NCBI GenBank assembly: GCA_963724765.1
Contig: CAVRVY010000003.1
Span: forward strand, 640,001 to 704,000
DNA length: 64,000 bases
Source: an uncultured delta proteobacterium
GTDB lineage: Bacteria > Desulfobacterota > Binatia > Binatales > Binataceae
Reading direction: 5' to 3'
The position numbers and the translations under genes are program-made. Positions 29,031 through 40,263 of this stretch are shown piece by piece (the first letter of the stretch is position 1; each line of letters begins with the position of its first letter). A model generated the notes under the pieces. That model had not been told where the DNA came from. It made no database searches and worked only from the letters and a program-made list of their open reading frames with translations.

Positions 29031-30602
29031 GTGCATTGCTTCAGCTGTGGCTCTGGGAATGCAGAGACTGCGAAATTCTGCGATGAGTGCTCAGCACTGC
29101 TCTCTCTGCTGTGTCCTGCCTGCGGTAGAGCGAATCGGACGAACGCGAAATTCTGCAGCGGGTGCGCCACTTCGCTCGGAGCCGCCGCGCCGCGTCCAGC
29201 GGAGAGGTCGCACCCTCCATCTTTATCAATCACGACCGCCGCGGATCCCAATTCTTGCAGCGCCGAGGGTGAGCGGCGTCACTTATCCGTGCTGTTCTGT
29301 GACTTGGTAGGTTCGACCGGAATAGCAGCCAACCTTGATCCTGAAGACTGGCGCGAAACCCTAACCAGCTATTACCGCACCGCAACAGAAGCAATCGTGC
29401 GGTTCGGCGGATATGTCGCCCAATTTCTCGGAGACGGCCTATTGGTCTTCTTTGGTTACCCCGAGGCGCATGAGGACGATCCGCAGAGAGCGGTGCTTGC
29501 AGGGCTTGCGATCCTTAATGGGATGCGTGCGCTGAACAGCCGCATTGCGAACGACCGGTTACCTAAGCTCGCGGCGCGGATCGGGATACACAGCGGATCT
29601 GTGGTCGCAGGCGAGAGCAACGGCAAGGGAGCTAATGTGTTCGGCGACGTTCCCAACCTCGCTTCTCGGGTGCAGACCGCGGCAGCCCCCGACACGGTCC
29701 TGATAACCGCGGCTGTACATCACCTCGTGTCCGGACTTTTTGTGGTCGAAGATCGAGGTGAGCAACAGCTCAAGGGCGTCGAGCAACCGATTCGGTTGTT
29801 CCGCGTTATCCAGCCTAGCAGAGCGCGGGGCCGACTCGCTGCCGCGGCTGTTCAAAGACTAACATCTTTTGTCGGCCGCGAGGACGAATTGCGTTTCCTC
29901 CTGAACCGCTGGGATCAGGTGCGAGAGGGAGAGGGTCAGGTAGTGCTGGTACTAGGCGAAGCGGGAATTGGAAAGTCCCGCCTCGTCGAGCGTTTTCGTG
30001 AACAGATCGCGGATGATCCACATACCTGGGTTGAATCCGCGGCCGCCTTGTTACACCAGAACACACCCTTCTACACAGTGGAGGACATGCTGCAGCAGGG
30101 ATTGCGCTGGCGCGGTGAGCAGAGCGCGGACGAGCGCATTGCCGGACTCGAAGCATCCCTCAAGCTGGCGGGCGTCAAGCTCAGCGAAGCGGTTCCGCTA
30201 ATAGCGCCACTTATGAAACTGACGATTCCTGAAAGATACCTGCCGTCGCAAATGCCACCGGATCAACAGCGTAAGCGGCTTTTGGCGATAATCGGCGCGT
30301 GGGCATTCGGAACAGCACGAATCCAGCCACTCGTAATCGTGATTGAGGACCTGCATTGGGCCGATCCGTCAACCCTAGACAGAGCTGATGAACCATGGAG
30401 CCAAAGTTCAAAGCCGCTGCCAGACTGTACGGGTGGGACAGTTAAGCAAGGCAAACCTGAAAACATCAGGGCGACGCTCCCCCACATCTATGGCTGGTTT
30501 AGGGAGGGCTTTGACACTGCTGATTTAAGAGAAGCCAAAGCGCTGCTCGAGGAAAATCTGCCAGCGGCGGAGGAACTGAAGATTTCGCGACCAGAGACTT
30601 GA
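29031..30602 (+). pseudogene. Zinc-ribbon + class III adenylate cyclase + AAA ATPase, internally deleted
   Basis: Four CxxC; VLFCDLVGST, GDG and GEAGIGKS; after EDLHWAD the sequence jumps almost directly to the C-terminal WFREGFDTADL. Confidence 0.75.
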
Positions 30603-30761
30603 ATACAGGTGCTGTCGAGCCACACATTCGTGCCCCCCCCCGAACATCACCGGAACTGAAGGGCCGATCGCGAGATTCTCTTCTTACGGAGCCGAACGGT
30701 CGTAGAATGAAACGACTAAACAATCATGGTTCATAAGGTGCACACGTAGGGAGGACAATCA

Positions 30762-31214
30762 TTGAAGGACACGGCAAGAAGAGAGAAAGAAAAAAACTCG
30801 CAGGCAGATGAGGAAACCCGCACAAGAGGAGGCAATCTGAGTACCTTCCCGGATACAAAGGCTGGCTTGGAAGGTTTTTTCCTCGCAGCCTGTGACGTAT
30901 TTAACAAAAATTCGGATGATACAATCGATGGTGCTTTAGATGAAAATGTGACCGTCTTCTCCATCTCGCAGCATACAGATTATAATGGCATAAGCGCTGT
31001 TGAGCGCTACTTTAAGGATCAATTTTTGGACAGCCCACAATTTAACCCGCTCGCATATAATGTCGACATCAGTAGCGACAACCTTTCCGGCAGTATCGTT
31101 GGCACGGCGAAGTGGCTAGATGAAAACGGGAAAGATTCGCTTCACTTTGTTTTTAAATGTATCTGGAATTCAAACAAAAACCGATGGCTGTTTCTGAACT
31201 TATATGCTTGGTGA
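30762..31214 (+). CDS. Hypothetical NTF2/SnoaL-like protein, AT-rich
   Basis: RBS GGAGG; D.NV......G...V..YF pattern. Confidence 0.5.
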   Translation: MKDTARREKEKNSQADEETRTRGGNLSTFPDTKAGLEGFFLAACDVFNKNSDDTIDGALDENVTVFSISQHTDYNGISAVERYFKDQFLDSPQFNPLAYNVDISSDNLSGSIVGTAKWLDENGKDSLHFVFKCIWNSNKNRWLFLNLYAW

Positions 31215-31396
31215 GACGAGCCCCCTCTCAATCTGGTGCAGAATGCAGAACCCTGATGATGTGCAATCTAACGAGCGAGTTGACGGCTTTTTGCCCGAGA
31301 TTGCTTTAAGTATTTTGCATAACCTGAGGCCGCCTCGGCTGTGCGTCGCGTCGAGCGTGCGACAGAGCCTGAGCGCGGCCAGTACTATACGTAATC

Positions 31397-32281
31397 GTGT
31401 TAGATGTTCCGATGGGGAGAGAGGATAACTTCGTAAAGATCAACAGTGAGCCATATCAGTCCAATTTCCTAACTCGTATGAGTCAGGAGTCTCTTCTCGA
31501 TCCTGAATTGGTCAACTATTACGAAAATAAAACCGCCTCGATAATTCAGCGATACGGTCCGGGGCCGCGCGTGCACTATCATACCGGCTTGGTGGATGAG
31601 CTACCGTCGGCCGGCCTATCGACTCCGGATCTGAGGCAATGGCTGGTGAATGCACAGGAACGGCTACTCTACCACGCTGCTAACGTCTGGGACGCGGGGT
31701 CTACTCTTTGTGGAGATATACTTGATGTGGGCTGTGGCCTTGGCGGTGGTGCCATTTTCTGGGCGCAGGAGTTTGGTGCGCTGGTCACGGCTGTCACCTG
31801 CATTCCTTCGCATGTGGATCTGGTAAAACGGTTTGCCGCGCAGGCCGGAGTCCAGTCTCAGGTACAGCCGCTCCTTTGTGAGGCTCTCGCAGTTCCGGGA
31901 AAAAGCCGTTTTGACGCCGCCGTGGCAGTCGACAGTTCCTGCCACCTCGCACGCAGGGAATGGTTCAGGCGTCTCGCTTCGGTGTTGCGCCCCGGAGGGC
32001 GCGTCTTTATCCTCGATTGTTTTCTTGGCCGGCCTGAATTTGAAGAGCCATTCAATACTTACTGGCATACTCGAATAGGTACCACTGCGGAGTATCTCGG
32101 TTCAGCGCGCAACGAAGGTTTTCGACTATTTTCGGTACATGACCTCTCCCGGCGCGTTAAGCACTTCTGGACCGCGACACTGGCACTGATGGAGGCAGAG
32201 ACCCGGGAGAAGAATCGCGGTCCGGCCGAAACAGCGCGCTGTGACTCATCCATGCAGGCGCATAGGCTAGTCGCGATGTGA
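31397..32281 (+). CDS. SAM-dependent methyltransferase (tocopherol/sterol/prenyl MT-like), possibly 3'-truncated
   Basis: ILDVGCGLGG, LRPGG and N-terminal RYGPGPRVHYHTG; start uncertain. Confidence 0.75.
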   Translation: MLDVPMGREDNFVKINSEPYQSNFLTRMSQESLLDPELVNYYENKTASIIQRYGPGPRVHYHTGLVDELPSAGLSTPDLRQWLVNAQERLLYHAANVWDAGSTLCGDILDVGCGLGGGAIFWAQEFGALVTAVTCIPSHVDLVKRFAAQAGVQSQVQPLLCEALAVPGKSRFDAAVAVDSSCHLARREWFRRLASVLRPGGRVFILDCFLGRPEFEEPFNTYWHTRIGTTAEYLGSARNEGFRLFSVHDLSRRVKHFWTATLALMEAETREKNRGPAETARCDSSMQAHRLVAM

Positions 32282-32324
32282 TGAGACCTTGGCCACGTCA
32301 AGTGTATTGAAACGGCTTTGTGCG

Positions 32325-32543
32325 GCATCTACTCAGGAGCCCGCGACGAAGACTTCCAGCAGGCGATCAAGGCAGGTATGATCATCGTCCACGTTAATAC
32401 CGAAATGTGTCTTCATGGGGCCGCCGCCTTGAGAATGCGCTGCAAACGCATCCGAAAGATCCCGCCCTATGAAATATTGCCGGCGGCGTCCAGCCAATGA
32501 GTGAGGTAGTGGAAAGGCGATTGCGTCTGTTCAACTTCTTCTA
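32325..32543 (+). pseudogene. Class II fructose-bisphosphate aldolase C-terminal fragment
   Basis: SG..DEDFQQAIKAG...VHVNTE, frameshifted. Confidence 0.55.
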
Positions 32544-32548
32544 GCGAC

Positions 32549-33280
32549 ATGGATCCAAAAGGCAAAGTGGCGCTAGTCACCGGTGGGGCCCGCATCGGAC
32601 AGGTTGTCGCTCACAGCCTCGCGGCGCGCGGGTGTGATCTGGCGCTGATCTACCGCGGCTCGCGCGAGGCGGCGGAAGCTTCGGCCAAAGCCGCGATCAA
32701 CGCAGGGGTGCGGGCGATCACCATCCGGGCCGACGCGACCGATGAGGATCAGATCGCAGCGGCGGTCAAGGAAACACATCGCGCGCTAGGACGCATCGAT
32801 ATCCTGCTTAACATGGCATCGATCTATCTGAGCACGCCGGACCCCAAGGAGGCGGATTGGTCGAATACGATCGATGCCAACGCCCGCAGCGTCTTTCTTT
32901 TCTCGACCGCTGCAGCGCCGATTATGAAGCAAAGCGGTGGAGCGCGAATTATTAACTTCGCGGACTGGCTGCCCGTAAGCGGCCGCCCCCGCTACAGAGG
33001 CCTTGTGCCTTACTATTCGTCCAAAGCCGCCGTTGTCGGCCTGACCGAAAGTCTCGCGCTGGAACTGGCTCCAGAAATTCTGGTCAATGCGATCGCGCCC
33101 GGGCCGATTCTTGAGCCTCCGGGTCTGACTCCCGAGGAGAACATGGAGGTGATCGAAGCCACACCGCTTCGGCGATGGGGCGGTGCTGCGGAAATCGCCA
33201 AAACGATACTCTTCCTAGTCGACAGCGATTTCATCACCGGTGAATGTATCCGCGTCGATGGCGGCCGGCATCTCTTTTGA
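32549..33280 (+). CDS. SDR oxidoreductase (pteridine reductase-like)
   Basis: TGGARIG, YYSSK, VNAIAPG and ITGECIRVDGG. Confidence 0.9.
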   Translation: MDPKGKVALVTGGARIGQVVAHSLAARGCDLALIYRGSREAAEASAKAAINAGVRAITIRADATDEDQIAAAVKETHRALGRIDILLNMASIYLSTPDPKEADWSNTIDANARSVFLFSTAAAPIMKQSGGARIINFADWLPVSGRPRYRGLVPYYSSKAAVVGLTESLALELAPEILVNAIAPGPILEPPGLTPEENMEVIEATPLRRWGGAAEIAKTILFLVDSDFITGECIRVDGGRHLF

Positions 33281-33717
33281 CTGTACATCTGCTCGAGCGT
33301 GTTAGCCCGCAATGTAGCTCTGCGGTCACGCACAGGAATATATGTTAAGGCCGATGACGCCGTGATAAGGACGTTGCACATGTCCAAACGAGAATCCTGG
33401 CTCAAGGTCAAGTACTCGAAGTAGGGAAGGAGGCCCACAATGTCAGGATCTGCCACACCTGTTATTGCTCAAATCGTCGAGACCATGCGGGTTAAGATCA
33501 TTACTTCCGAGACCAACGTAGGCGAGCTGCGCCGCGAGAAGCTCGGGTTCAGACTTCCGAAGGAATGAAATCAGGGCTGCGATGGCCAAGGTGTAAAACA
33601 CTTCTGCTGAGGGATAGGAGTGCATAATGTGGGTGAAGGTCGCACCGCGCTCAAGAGCAGGGCGACTTCGAGAACCCCAAGTTTACGCCGCCCGAAGGTG
33701 CGCGGCCTACCCAGGGA

Positions 33718-34557
33718 ATGGTGGGCGGTCCGATGGGGTACGGCGGGCGGAACATCCATTTCGGCATTCGCGAGCACGCCATGGCCGGAATCGCCACAGG
33801 TCTGGCCCTGCACGGCGGCGTCCTGCCCTTTGCCGCGACCTTCTTTGCGTTTTCCGACTACATGCGGCCGAGCATCCGGCTGGCGGCTTTGAGTAAGGCC
33901 CACGTGATCTATGTGTGGACCCACGACAGCATCGCATTGGGCGAGGACGGACCCACCTATCAGCCGGTGGAACAACTGGCAAGCCTGCGCGCGATTCCCG
34001 ATCTGATGCTGCTGCGCCCGGCCGAGGCCAACGAGACTGTGGAAGCGTGGAAGATTGCGGTGGCGCATACTGAGGGGCCGGTGGGGCTGGTGCTTACGCG
34101 CCAGAAGTTGCCCATTTTGGACCGCAGCACGCCGGCCCCCGCTGCGGGAACGGCAAAAGGAGCTTACGTCCTTGCCGACTGCGCCGCAGGTCCGCCCAAG
34201 CTTATCCTCATCGCTACCGGTTCCGAAGTGTCGGTCGCGCTCGAGGCGCACAACCAACTGACTCGTGAGGGAGTTGCAAGCCGGGTAGTCTCGATGCCGT
34301 GCTGGGATTTGTTTCAGGCGCAGCCGCAATCCTACAAAGACACGGTTCTTCCGCCCGGCGTCAAAGCGCGAGTCAGTGTTGAGGCAGGCTCCACGCTAGG
34401 ATGGGAGCGCTACGTGGGCCTCGAAGGCGCAATCATCGGGCTGAACCGCTTCGGTGCTTCAGCGCCGGGTGAAATCGTGATGCGTGAGCTGGGCTTTACT
34501 TCAGAGCACATTGTCAAAGTTGCCAAGTCTATCCTGGCCGGCTACCGCCCTGGGTAA
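33718..34557 (+). pseudogene. tkt: Transketolase, C-terminal half only
   Basis: [26 protein letters not shown] and ATGSEV; the N-terminal TPP domain is absent. Confidence 0.85.
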
Positions 34558-34719
34558 GGCATCGGTAAAGCTCGTTAACCCCCCACTCAAACACGAAAAT
34601 GTCTTTTATCAGGCTAGAAACGGCGTCTTAATGGACGAACTTAGCAGGGATGACGGCAACCAGGCGTGCAGGCGCTTCGGCCAAAGGGTCACGATGAAAG
34701 TACGCCGCAGGTCCAAATA

Positions 34720-35150
34720 TTAAGATGTGGCTTTGGCTCGATATTCTGGTTGCCCCGGAAAAAGTTGGACGGATCGTATTTCGCCTTGACCGCAGCGAGT
34801 CGATCATAGTTCCGCCCATAGGCTTCTCGTACCCGCGATAATTCACCTCGATCGAGTGAGTTGACGTAAACCTCGCCCGAAGAAAGGGCCATGTCGCCGC
34901 AAAGAAATCGGTAACCCAAGTGCGGTTCGCTTCAGTCGTCGCCGGATCCTCCCAGAAGCCGATGATTTCAAAGTGGAACGGGCTCTGGCGCAGCCCGAAA
35001 GCCGTTGCGTCGGGTGGAACGCGCGCAATCGCTCCGTGACAATGCTCAATGATTGCCACAGAAAGAGGCGATGGCGCGCGGGCGAACTGTTCCACAATCG
35101 CAGAGAGCGCGCCGTCTGAGAGTTCGGGCAGGAAATGCGAATTAACATAA
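34720..35150 (-). pseudogene. FAD-linked oxidase (BBE domain) C-terminal fragment, frameshifted
   Basis: HGAIARV..DATAF in one frame; YVN...AYG.NY.RL..VK.KYDP.N.F in another. Confidence 0.75.
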
Positions 35151-35379
35151 ATGTAGGTCTGTTTGGCCAGCCGAAATACCCTTTACAGAGTGTGACGATG
35201 ACCTTCGGGGACGATATTGTATCCTATCCCTTGACGGGTATATCCTTACACGGTCCGGACTTTACGGATTGAATCACACCTATACCATGCCGGTGTGTTT
35301 ACGGTCGAGTGTGTAGTTGATGATGGAGCAGGCGTTCACGCAACGACAGCGATCCAGAATTGAATATATTGAAGCTCGA

Positions 35380-37692
35380 TCACCCCTCGATGCGTGAGGC
35401 GCGTCGTGAGGGGCTGGGAACATCCGCCAGATACCGATTCAGCTCGGAGAATAGAAACTCAAGTCGTCGCATCGACTGGAGTTCCGCGATCATCGTGCGG
35501 CGCGGCTCGAGCGGCCACGATTCCAATCGGGCGAACCCTCCCTCCTCCAAGTGTGAACTGAACTCGTTGAGCGGTTCCGCCAACTCACCGGCTGAGTGTT
35601 TCTGCGCGATCGCACGAGCAGCGGAAGCGCTGAACCATTCAGCGCCGCTAAAGAAATCCAGCCACGAGATAAGCTGCCCACGAATCGCGTTGAAGACCCG
35701 CTCACGCGCAAACTCCGTCACAGGGTCGAGTTCCGGCATTTGAGTAAGAACCCGCGCTGTCGCGATCGAGGACAGCCGGTTCGCAATCCGGCGAAGAGTC
35801 CCGGCCGCTTCGACGATCCCGTTATGGTAGACGGCGCAGGTGCGTCCTTCCATCCGCGCGTCATCGGCGATCTCGAGGAACTCGGTTAGCACGCGCATCG
35901 TTTCCGAGTGCGTCTTCAGGATTTGATCCTCGCTGCTCGAAGCTGAGCCGCTCGGCGCTAGCGCGAGCATATTGGCAATGACTCTTCGCAGTCTGGGCAC
36001 CAGGGAATCACCGGCGTATTCCGGCCACAGGGTAAAGAAGACCGTCGCCACGACAAAATCACCAAGCAGAACGCCCCAAATGCGCCAAAGAGGCTCGTAG
36101 ATATTGACAGATGGGCTCAACCCAACGAACACCAAGGAAAAAATGATTCCCATTTGCTTGCCCGCGTACGACATCCGCGTATTGCCGAGCGAAGAGTATG
36201 CAAACGGATAGAAGACCGCGAAGGCCGCAAGCATATAGGTTGGGAGCGTTTCGAAGTTAGGCGAAACTATGATGATAGCGAGAAGGGAAACCGCTCCTCC
36301 AATTATAGCTCCGGTGATCCGGAGGTACATCTTGTGCAGGGTTGCGCCATAGGTGGGAGTGGCGGTTGTTATTACGGTCACCAGGATAATGAATAAGTCC
36401 GGACGCTGGCTAATGAGGCCGATTATGTAGCCGACCACGGTGCACAAGCCGACTTTCAAGCAATAGCGCACAAGCGCGGGATCTGCAGGATCGCTCAATC
36501 GAGGGACACCACTGTTCCGAGGGACAGCACGGTTCGACGGATCCGTGGTCGGTGGCCCCGGAGGTTCATCCAGCGGGCGCTCGATGTGCCTGGTCAGCAC
36601 AGCCAGCGAATCGATGAATTCCGCGAAATTTTCGATTTCCGCCGAACTGGTTTTGCCGATGTATGCTGGTCTGATCTGAATGACGCGCGCGGCCAGATTG
36701 TCCATCGCCAAGCGCACATGCGTCCGCGTAGCGGGAGCCTGCTCGTCCGCGCCTACAACAATGCGCGCCGGTAGTTTGTGAGAGATCTCGTCAAGCGCGG
36801 CAGCGATCGCATTTACCGCTCTTTGAATTTCGCCCAGGACCATCGTGCGAATATCTCGAGGTAGGTTCTCGCGCGCCGTAGTGATTAGGCGATCCACTTC
36901 GAGACTGATGCGAGCCGCGCGCGTGATCGCAGCAAGCAGGATCTCCCGGCGATGCTCGGACGCGCCCTCGGCCAACGCTTGATTAAGAAGCGCCATATGT
37001 GCGGGCAGGTCGGAAGTCGGTGCTGGCAATGGCGGTCGAGGTACGCTTTCGCCAGCGAGAAAAAAGTTCGAAGCCCCGAGAAGCTGCGAACGGGCACGCG
37101 CGACGCTCGCTCCGAGAGACTCCATCAAGATCGGTTCGCCCGGGTCCGGCCATAACCAGTTGTCGAACAGAACGATCACGCCGAAGGCAATCGCGCTACC
37201 GTCGAACGAGGCCGCTGCGTTCCAATCGATTTCCTGAGGTCCAAACACGACGCCGTAGAATGTAATGAGGCATATTATCTGTATAACGAGCAGGCCCGCG
37301 CCGAGCTTGCGCGTCGTTCCCACGTAGGTTGAAAGTGAAATCCATACGAAGACAAACGGCAGCATCAACCACGGCGTCTCCGCGAATGCGCGCGCCATCA
37401 CCACCGACGTGATTAGAGCGAGCATCACCGCGATTTGCCATGCCAGCGCCTTGCGAATGGACATCATCGGTCCTGCGCCCGCTAGGAGCCACACAATTAC
37501 CGCGCCCAGCTGAGTGTTGACGTGACAGCTCGCGTCTAGTCCAATTGCGATTGTCACAATCGTGGAGATGCGCAAGGCGGTGCGGATCTTCCGGACGCTA
37601 GGAGCAAGTTCGCGTGCGACTAGCGCTCCGAGTCGATCCAACCAGGCAAGTGGCGGTTGGATGCCGAACTGTTGCTCTATGAATCCTGCCAC
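35380..37692 (-). CDS. FUSC/AaeB-like inner-membrane transporter
   Basis: Two TM blocks ending in WLWP and TLWP; R..G..IGG motif. Confidence 0.8.
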   Translation of the reverse strand: MAGFIEQQFGIQPPLAWLDRLGALVARELAPSVRKIRTALRISTIVTIAIGLDASCHVNTQLGAVIVWLLAGAGPMMSIRKALAWQIAVMLALITSVVMARAFAETPWLMLPFVFVWISLSTYVGTTRKLGAGLLVIQIICLITFYGVVFGPQEIDWNAAASFDGSAIAFGVIVLFDNWLWPDPGEPILMESLGASVARARSQLLGASNFFLAGESVPRPPLPAPTSDLPAHMALLNQALAEGASEHRREILLAAITRAARISLEVDRLITTARENLPRDIRTMVLGEIQRAVNAIAAALDEISHKLPARIVVGADEQAPATRTHVRLAMDNLAARVIQIRPAYIGKTSSAEIENFAEFIDSLAVLTRHIERPLDEPPGPPTTDPSNRAVPRNSGVPRLSDPADPALVRYCLKVGLCTVVGYIIGLISQRPDLFIILVTVITTATPTYGATLHKMYLRITGAIIGGAVSLLAIIIVSPNFETLPTYMLAAFAVFYPFAYSSLGNTRMSYAGKQMGIIFSLVFVGLSPSVNIYEPLWRIWGVLLGDFVVATVFFTLWPEYAGDSLVPRLRRVIANMLALAPSGSASSSEDQILKTHSETMRVLTEFLEIADDARMEGRTCAVYHNGIVEAAGTLRRIANRLSSIATARVLTQMPELDPVTEFARERVFNAIRGQLISWLDFFSGAEWFSASAARAIAQKHSAGELAEPLNEFSSHLEEGGFARLESWPLEPRRTMIAELQSMRRLEFLFSELNRYLADVPSPSRRASRIEG

Positions 37693-37866
37693 GCGCTTCG
37701 CTTAGCAATCGCCTCGATTTTTACAACCGCGGTCGCACGCAGCCGAGACAGAAAGAAACGCGTAGTTGATTACATATTCCGTGACCCAGAGATTTCCTCA
37801 GCAACTGATGCGGCGGACGATGAATCCACCGGGACCGCCTAGGTGATGTCCTCTCAGGCTCTTTAG

Positions 37867-39141
37867 CAGGGTGCGGAAAAATGCCGAGTAGTCATGAGTT
37901 GCTCTGTTTCTACGACTCGATATCTTCTGGGTCGAGAGGCGCGTGAGGGCCGAGTGCGTCCGCGGCTCGCAGCTTCGCGACTCCTGTTCAGGTAGTGACC
38001 ACGGTCAGGGTGCGCATCCGCACCAGGTTGTAGGCTGCGGCGGCGAAGGTGAACATCCAACCGACCCGAGCAACTCCGCGATGACGAGTCTTGCGCAACA
38101 AAGCAACGGTCTTGAGCCAACCGAAGGCTTCTTCGACCCGCTTGCGCCGCCACTGGCTCAGCGCGTAGCCGGGGTGGCGGCTGGTACGCCGGTCGATCGC
38201 GGTCGCCGGCTTTTGCGCCACGTGCGGCGTGACTCGGTGGTCGCGCAGCTCGCGCACAAGCTCTTTGGCGTCGTAACCCTTGTCGGCACCGAGCGTCACC
38301 CGTCCAAAGCCCGGGAGCTTTTCCACCATCGCCAGCGCGGCCTCGCGTTCGGCGCGGCCAGTCGCCTGGGTCAGCCGCGTGTTCACCACCAGACCGTTGC
38401 GATTCTCCATCAGCACATGCCCCAGATAGCAGAGCCTGGCCTCGCGGCCGCTGGCCTTCCTATACAGTCGCGCCTGCGGGTCGGTAGTCGATTGGTGGGT
38501 TGCGTTGGAGCGCCGCTCACCGTGGAAGTCGACGCTCGGATTGCCGGGATCATCCGGCGGAGTCTGCTTGTGGTCCTTGGGCTTGAAGCTCTTGTGTCCG
38601 GCCCAGGCCTCGATCAGGGTTCCATCGACCGTGAAGTGCTCAGCCGAGAGCAGATCCTGAGCTTGCGCCTGCGCCACCACTTGTTGAAAAAAGCCTTGCG
38701 CCACTTCGCCCGCGAGCAGCCGCTCCCGGTTCTTGGTGAACACCGTGACATCCCACACCGCATCGTCCATGCTGAGTCCCACGAACCAGCGGAACAGCAG
38801 GTTATAATCAAGCTGCTCCATCAGCATGCGCTCGCTGCGCACCGTGTAGAGCACTTGCAGCAAAAGCGCGCGCAACAGCTTCTCCGGCGGGATCGACGGC
38901 CGCCCGCTCTTGGCGTAGAGCGCATCGAAACGCGGCCCCAACTCCTTAAGCGCCGCATCGACCATCACTCGAATCGCGCGCAGCGGATGATCCGTGGGCA
39001 CACGGCGTTCTGCCGAAATGTAGCTGAACATCCCGCTCTGCTCGTGGTCCGTCCCGCGCATCACCACATCCTCCTCCGACGACGGTTACCCATTCCTCTA
39101 CATGCCATCAAAAAGAAATGCGATCCTTTTTCCGCATCCTG
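37867..39141 (-). mobile_element. IS5-family insertion sequence
   Basis: Terminal IRs CAGGGTGCGGAAAAA / CAGGATGCGGAAAAA; TTAG target duplication at 37863-37866 and 39142-39145. Confidence 0.92.
37988..39061 (-). CDS. IS5-family DDE transposase
   Basis: GRPSIPPE, FRWFVGL, VDGT, ADKGYD and R..VEEAFG. Confidence 0.93.
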   Translation of the reverse strand: MRGTDHEQSGMFSYISAERRVPTDHPLRAIRVMVDAALKELGPRFDALYAKSGRPSIPPEKLLRALLLQVLYTVRSERMLMEQLDYNLLFRWFVGLSMDDAVWDVTVFTKNRERLLAGEVAQGFFQQVVAQAQAQDLLSAEHFTVDGTLIEAWAGHKSFKPKDHKQTPPDDPGNPSVDFHGERRSNATHQSTTDPQARLYRKASGREARLCYLGHVLMENRNGLVVNTRLTQATGRAEREAALAMVEKLPGFGRVTLGADKGYDAKELVRELRDHRVTPHVAQKPATAIDRRTSRHPGYALSQWRRKRVEEAFGWLKTVALLRKTRHRGVARVGWMFTFAAAAYNLVRMRTLTVVTT

Positions 39142-39391
39142 TTAGATTTTCCTTGCCTTGTATTCGTTCACCCGATTGCGGATATTCGCAGACCGCGTTC
39201 TCTTGATGGATGTCACGTTCCGCGTCCAGATCACCGGCCGCAGAAGCCGACCCATGCTGCTCCAGAGCTGTTCGGATCTGTTGCTCTCTCATAGCCATTG
39301 GGATCCACTTCGACTCTTCCTAGAAGGAAGCAAGAATTGTGCGACCGGTGAACAAGGAAAAGTGATCGCGAGTCGGGCGGCGCGCTCGTGT

Positions 39392-39892
39392 TCAAACTTT
39401 GACTTCCCGTAATCTGCCCGTGTCCACGTCGAAAATGAAGCCGCGCACGGGGATGTCTTTGGCAATCCAGGGATGCGACCTGACTTTCTTGATCTGCTCC
39501 CGAGTATTTTGCTCGGGGTCCTTATAGGAGAAGAAGCGCATTGGAGCCGGCGAAGCATCTCCGGTCGAAGCGCTCAGCTTAGCGTTCAGCTCGTCATCTG
39601 TGAATGTCGTGAACCCGCAGCCGGTGTGGTTGAGAAGCAGTATCTCTGTGGTTCCGAGTACACGGTTGGAAACAACAAGTTCCCCAAGAACATCTTCTGT
39701 TACCGCGGGTCCGCCGGTTCGGATAACGTCTATATCGGCCTGCGGCAGACCCAAGATTCCAGGGAGGTCTGAGAGCCGTGGATCCATGCAGGTTACAACC
39801 GCGATTTTGGGGGCCGGACGCTTCCCCAGCGTTGGATCATAACTTTTTGCATAGTTGCGGTTTGCTTCTAGCGCCTTATCGATAATGCTCAT
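39392..39892 (-). CDS. Beta-class carbonic anhydrase
   Basis: CMDPR and HTGCG zinc ligands. Confidence 0.9.
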   Translation of the reverse strand: MSIIDKALEANRNYAKSYDPTLGKRPAPKIAVVTCMDPRLSDLPGILGLPQADIDVIRTGGPAVTEDVLGELVVSNRVLGTTEILLLNHTGCGFTTFTDDELNAKLSASTGDASPAPMRFFSYKDPEQNTREQIKKVRSHPWIAKDIPVRGFIFDVDTGRLREVKV

Positions 39893-40263
39893 CGTCTTCC
39901 TCCTGACGAGCGAACGGTGCGGCCAAGCCCATTTTTTATTAGTGTCGCTCTTCCGCTCGCGACGGTCAAATGCTGCTAATCGGGATCGGTTACGGCGGAC
40001 GTCACTGTAACCTTCGGCATCGCCCGTCATCAGAAGAGGCGCAAATTCTCCTGACCACTCGGCTCGGTATGTAAGGGACGCCGCAGAACCAAAGGGTCAC
40101 GGATCCCGCGCGCGAAGACTTTCCCGTGTCGATCATCAGGCTCCCGGCCTGAACCAACGATTGTGGAGCGTGCTGAGCTCGTTGGCTGGCAACGATTCGT
40201 CATTCCTCGGAGAGCTTTGTTACAATCGACTCAGAATGCGATTCCCAAGGAGGTAATGGTTTT

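Larger units (their letters stand above)
37755..39298 (-). pseudogene. NTF2/SnoaL-like gene split by the IS5 element
   Basis: YPQSGERIQGKENL before the IS continues as KSLRGHH...VRRI..GNLWVTEYVINY after it; also contains an internal stop. Confidence 0.7.

Noticed and set aside
37800-37810. In-frame TGA in the NTF2-like remnant as selenocysteine
   Set aside because: Not in a redox motif, no clear SECIS, and the gene is already IS-disrupted.
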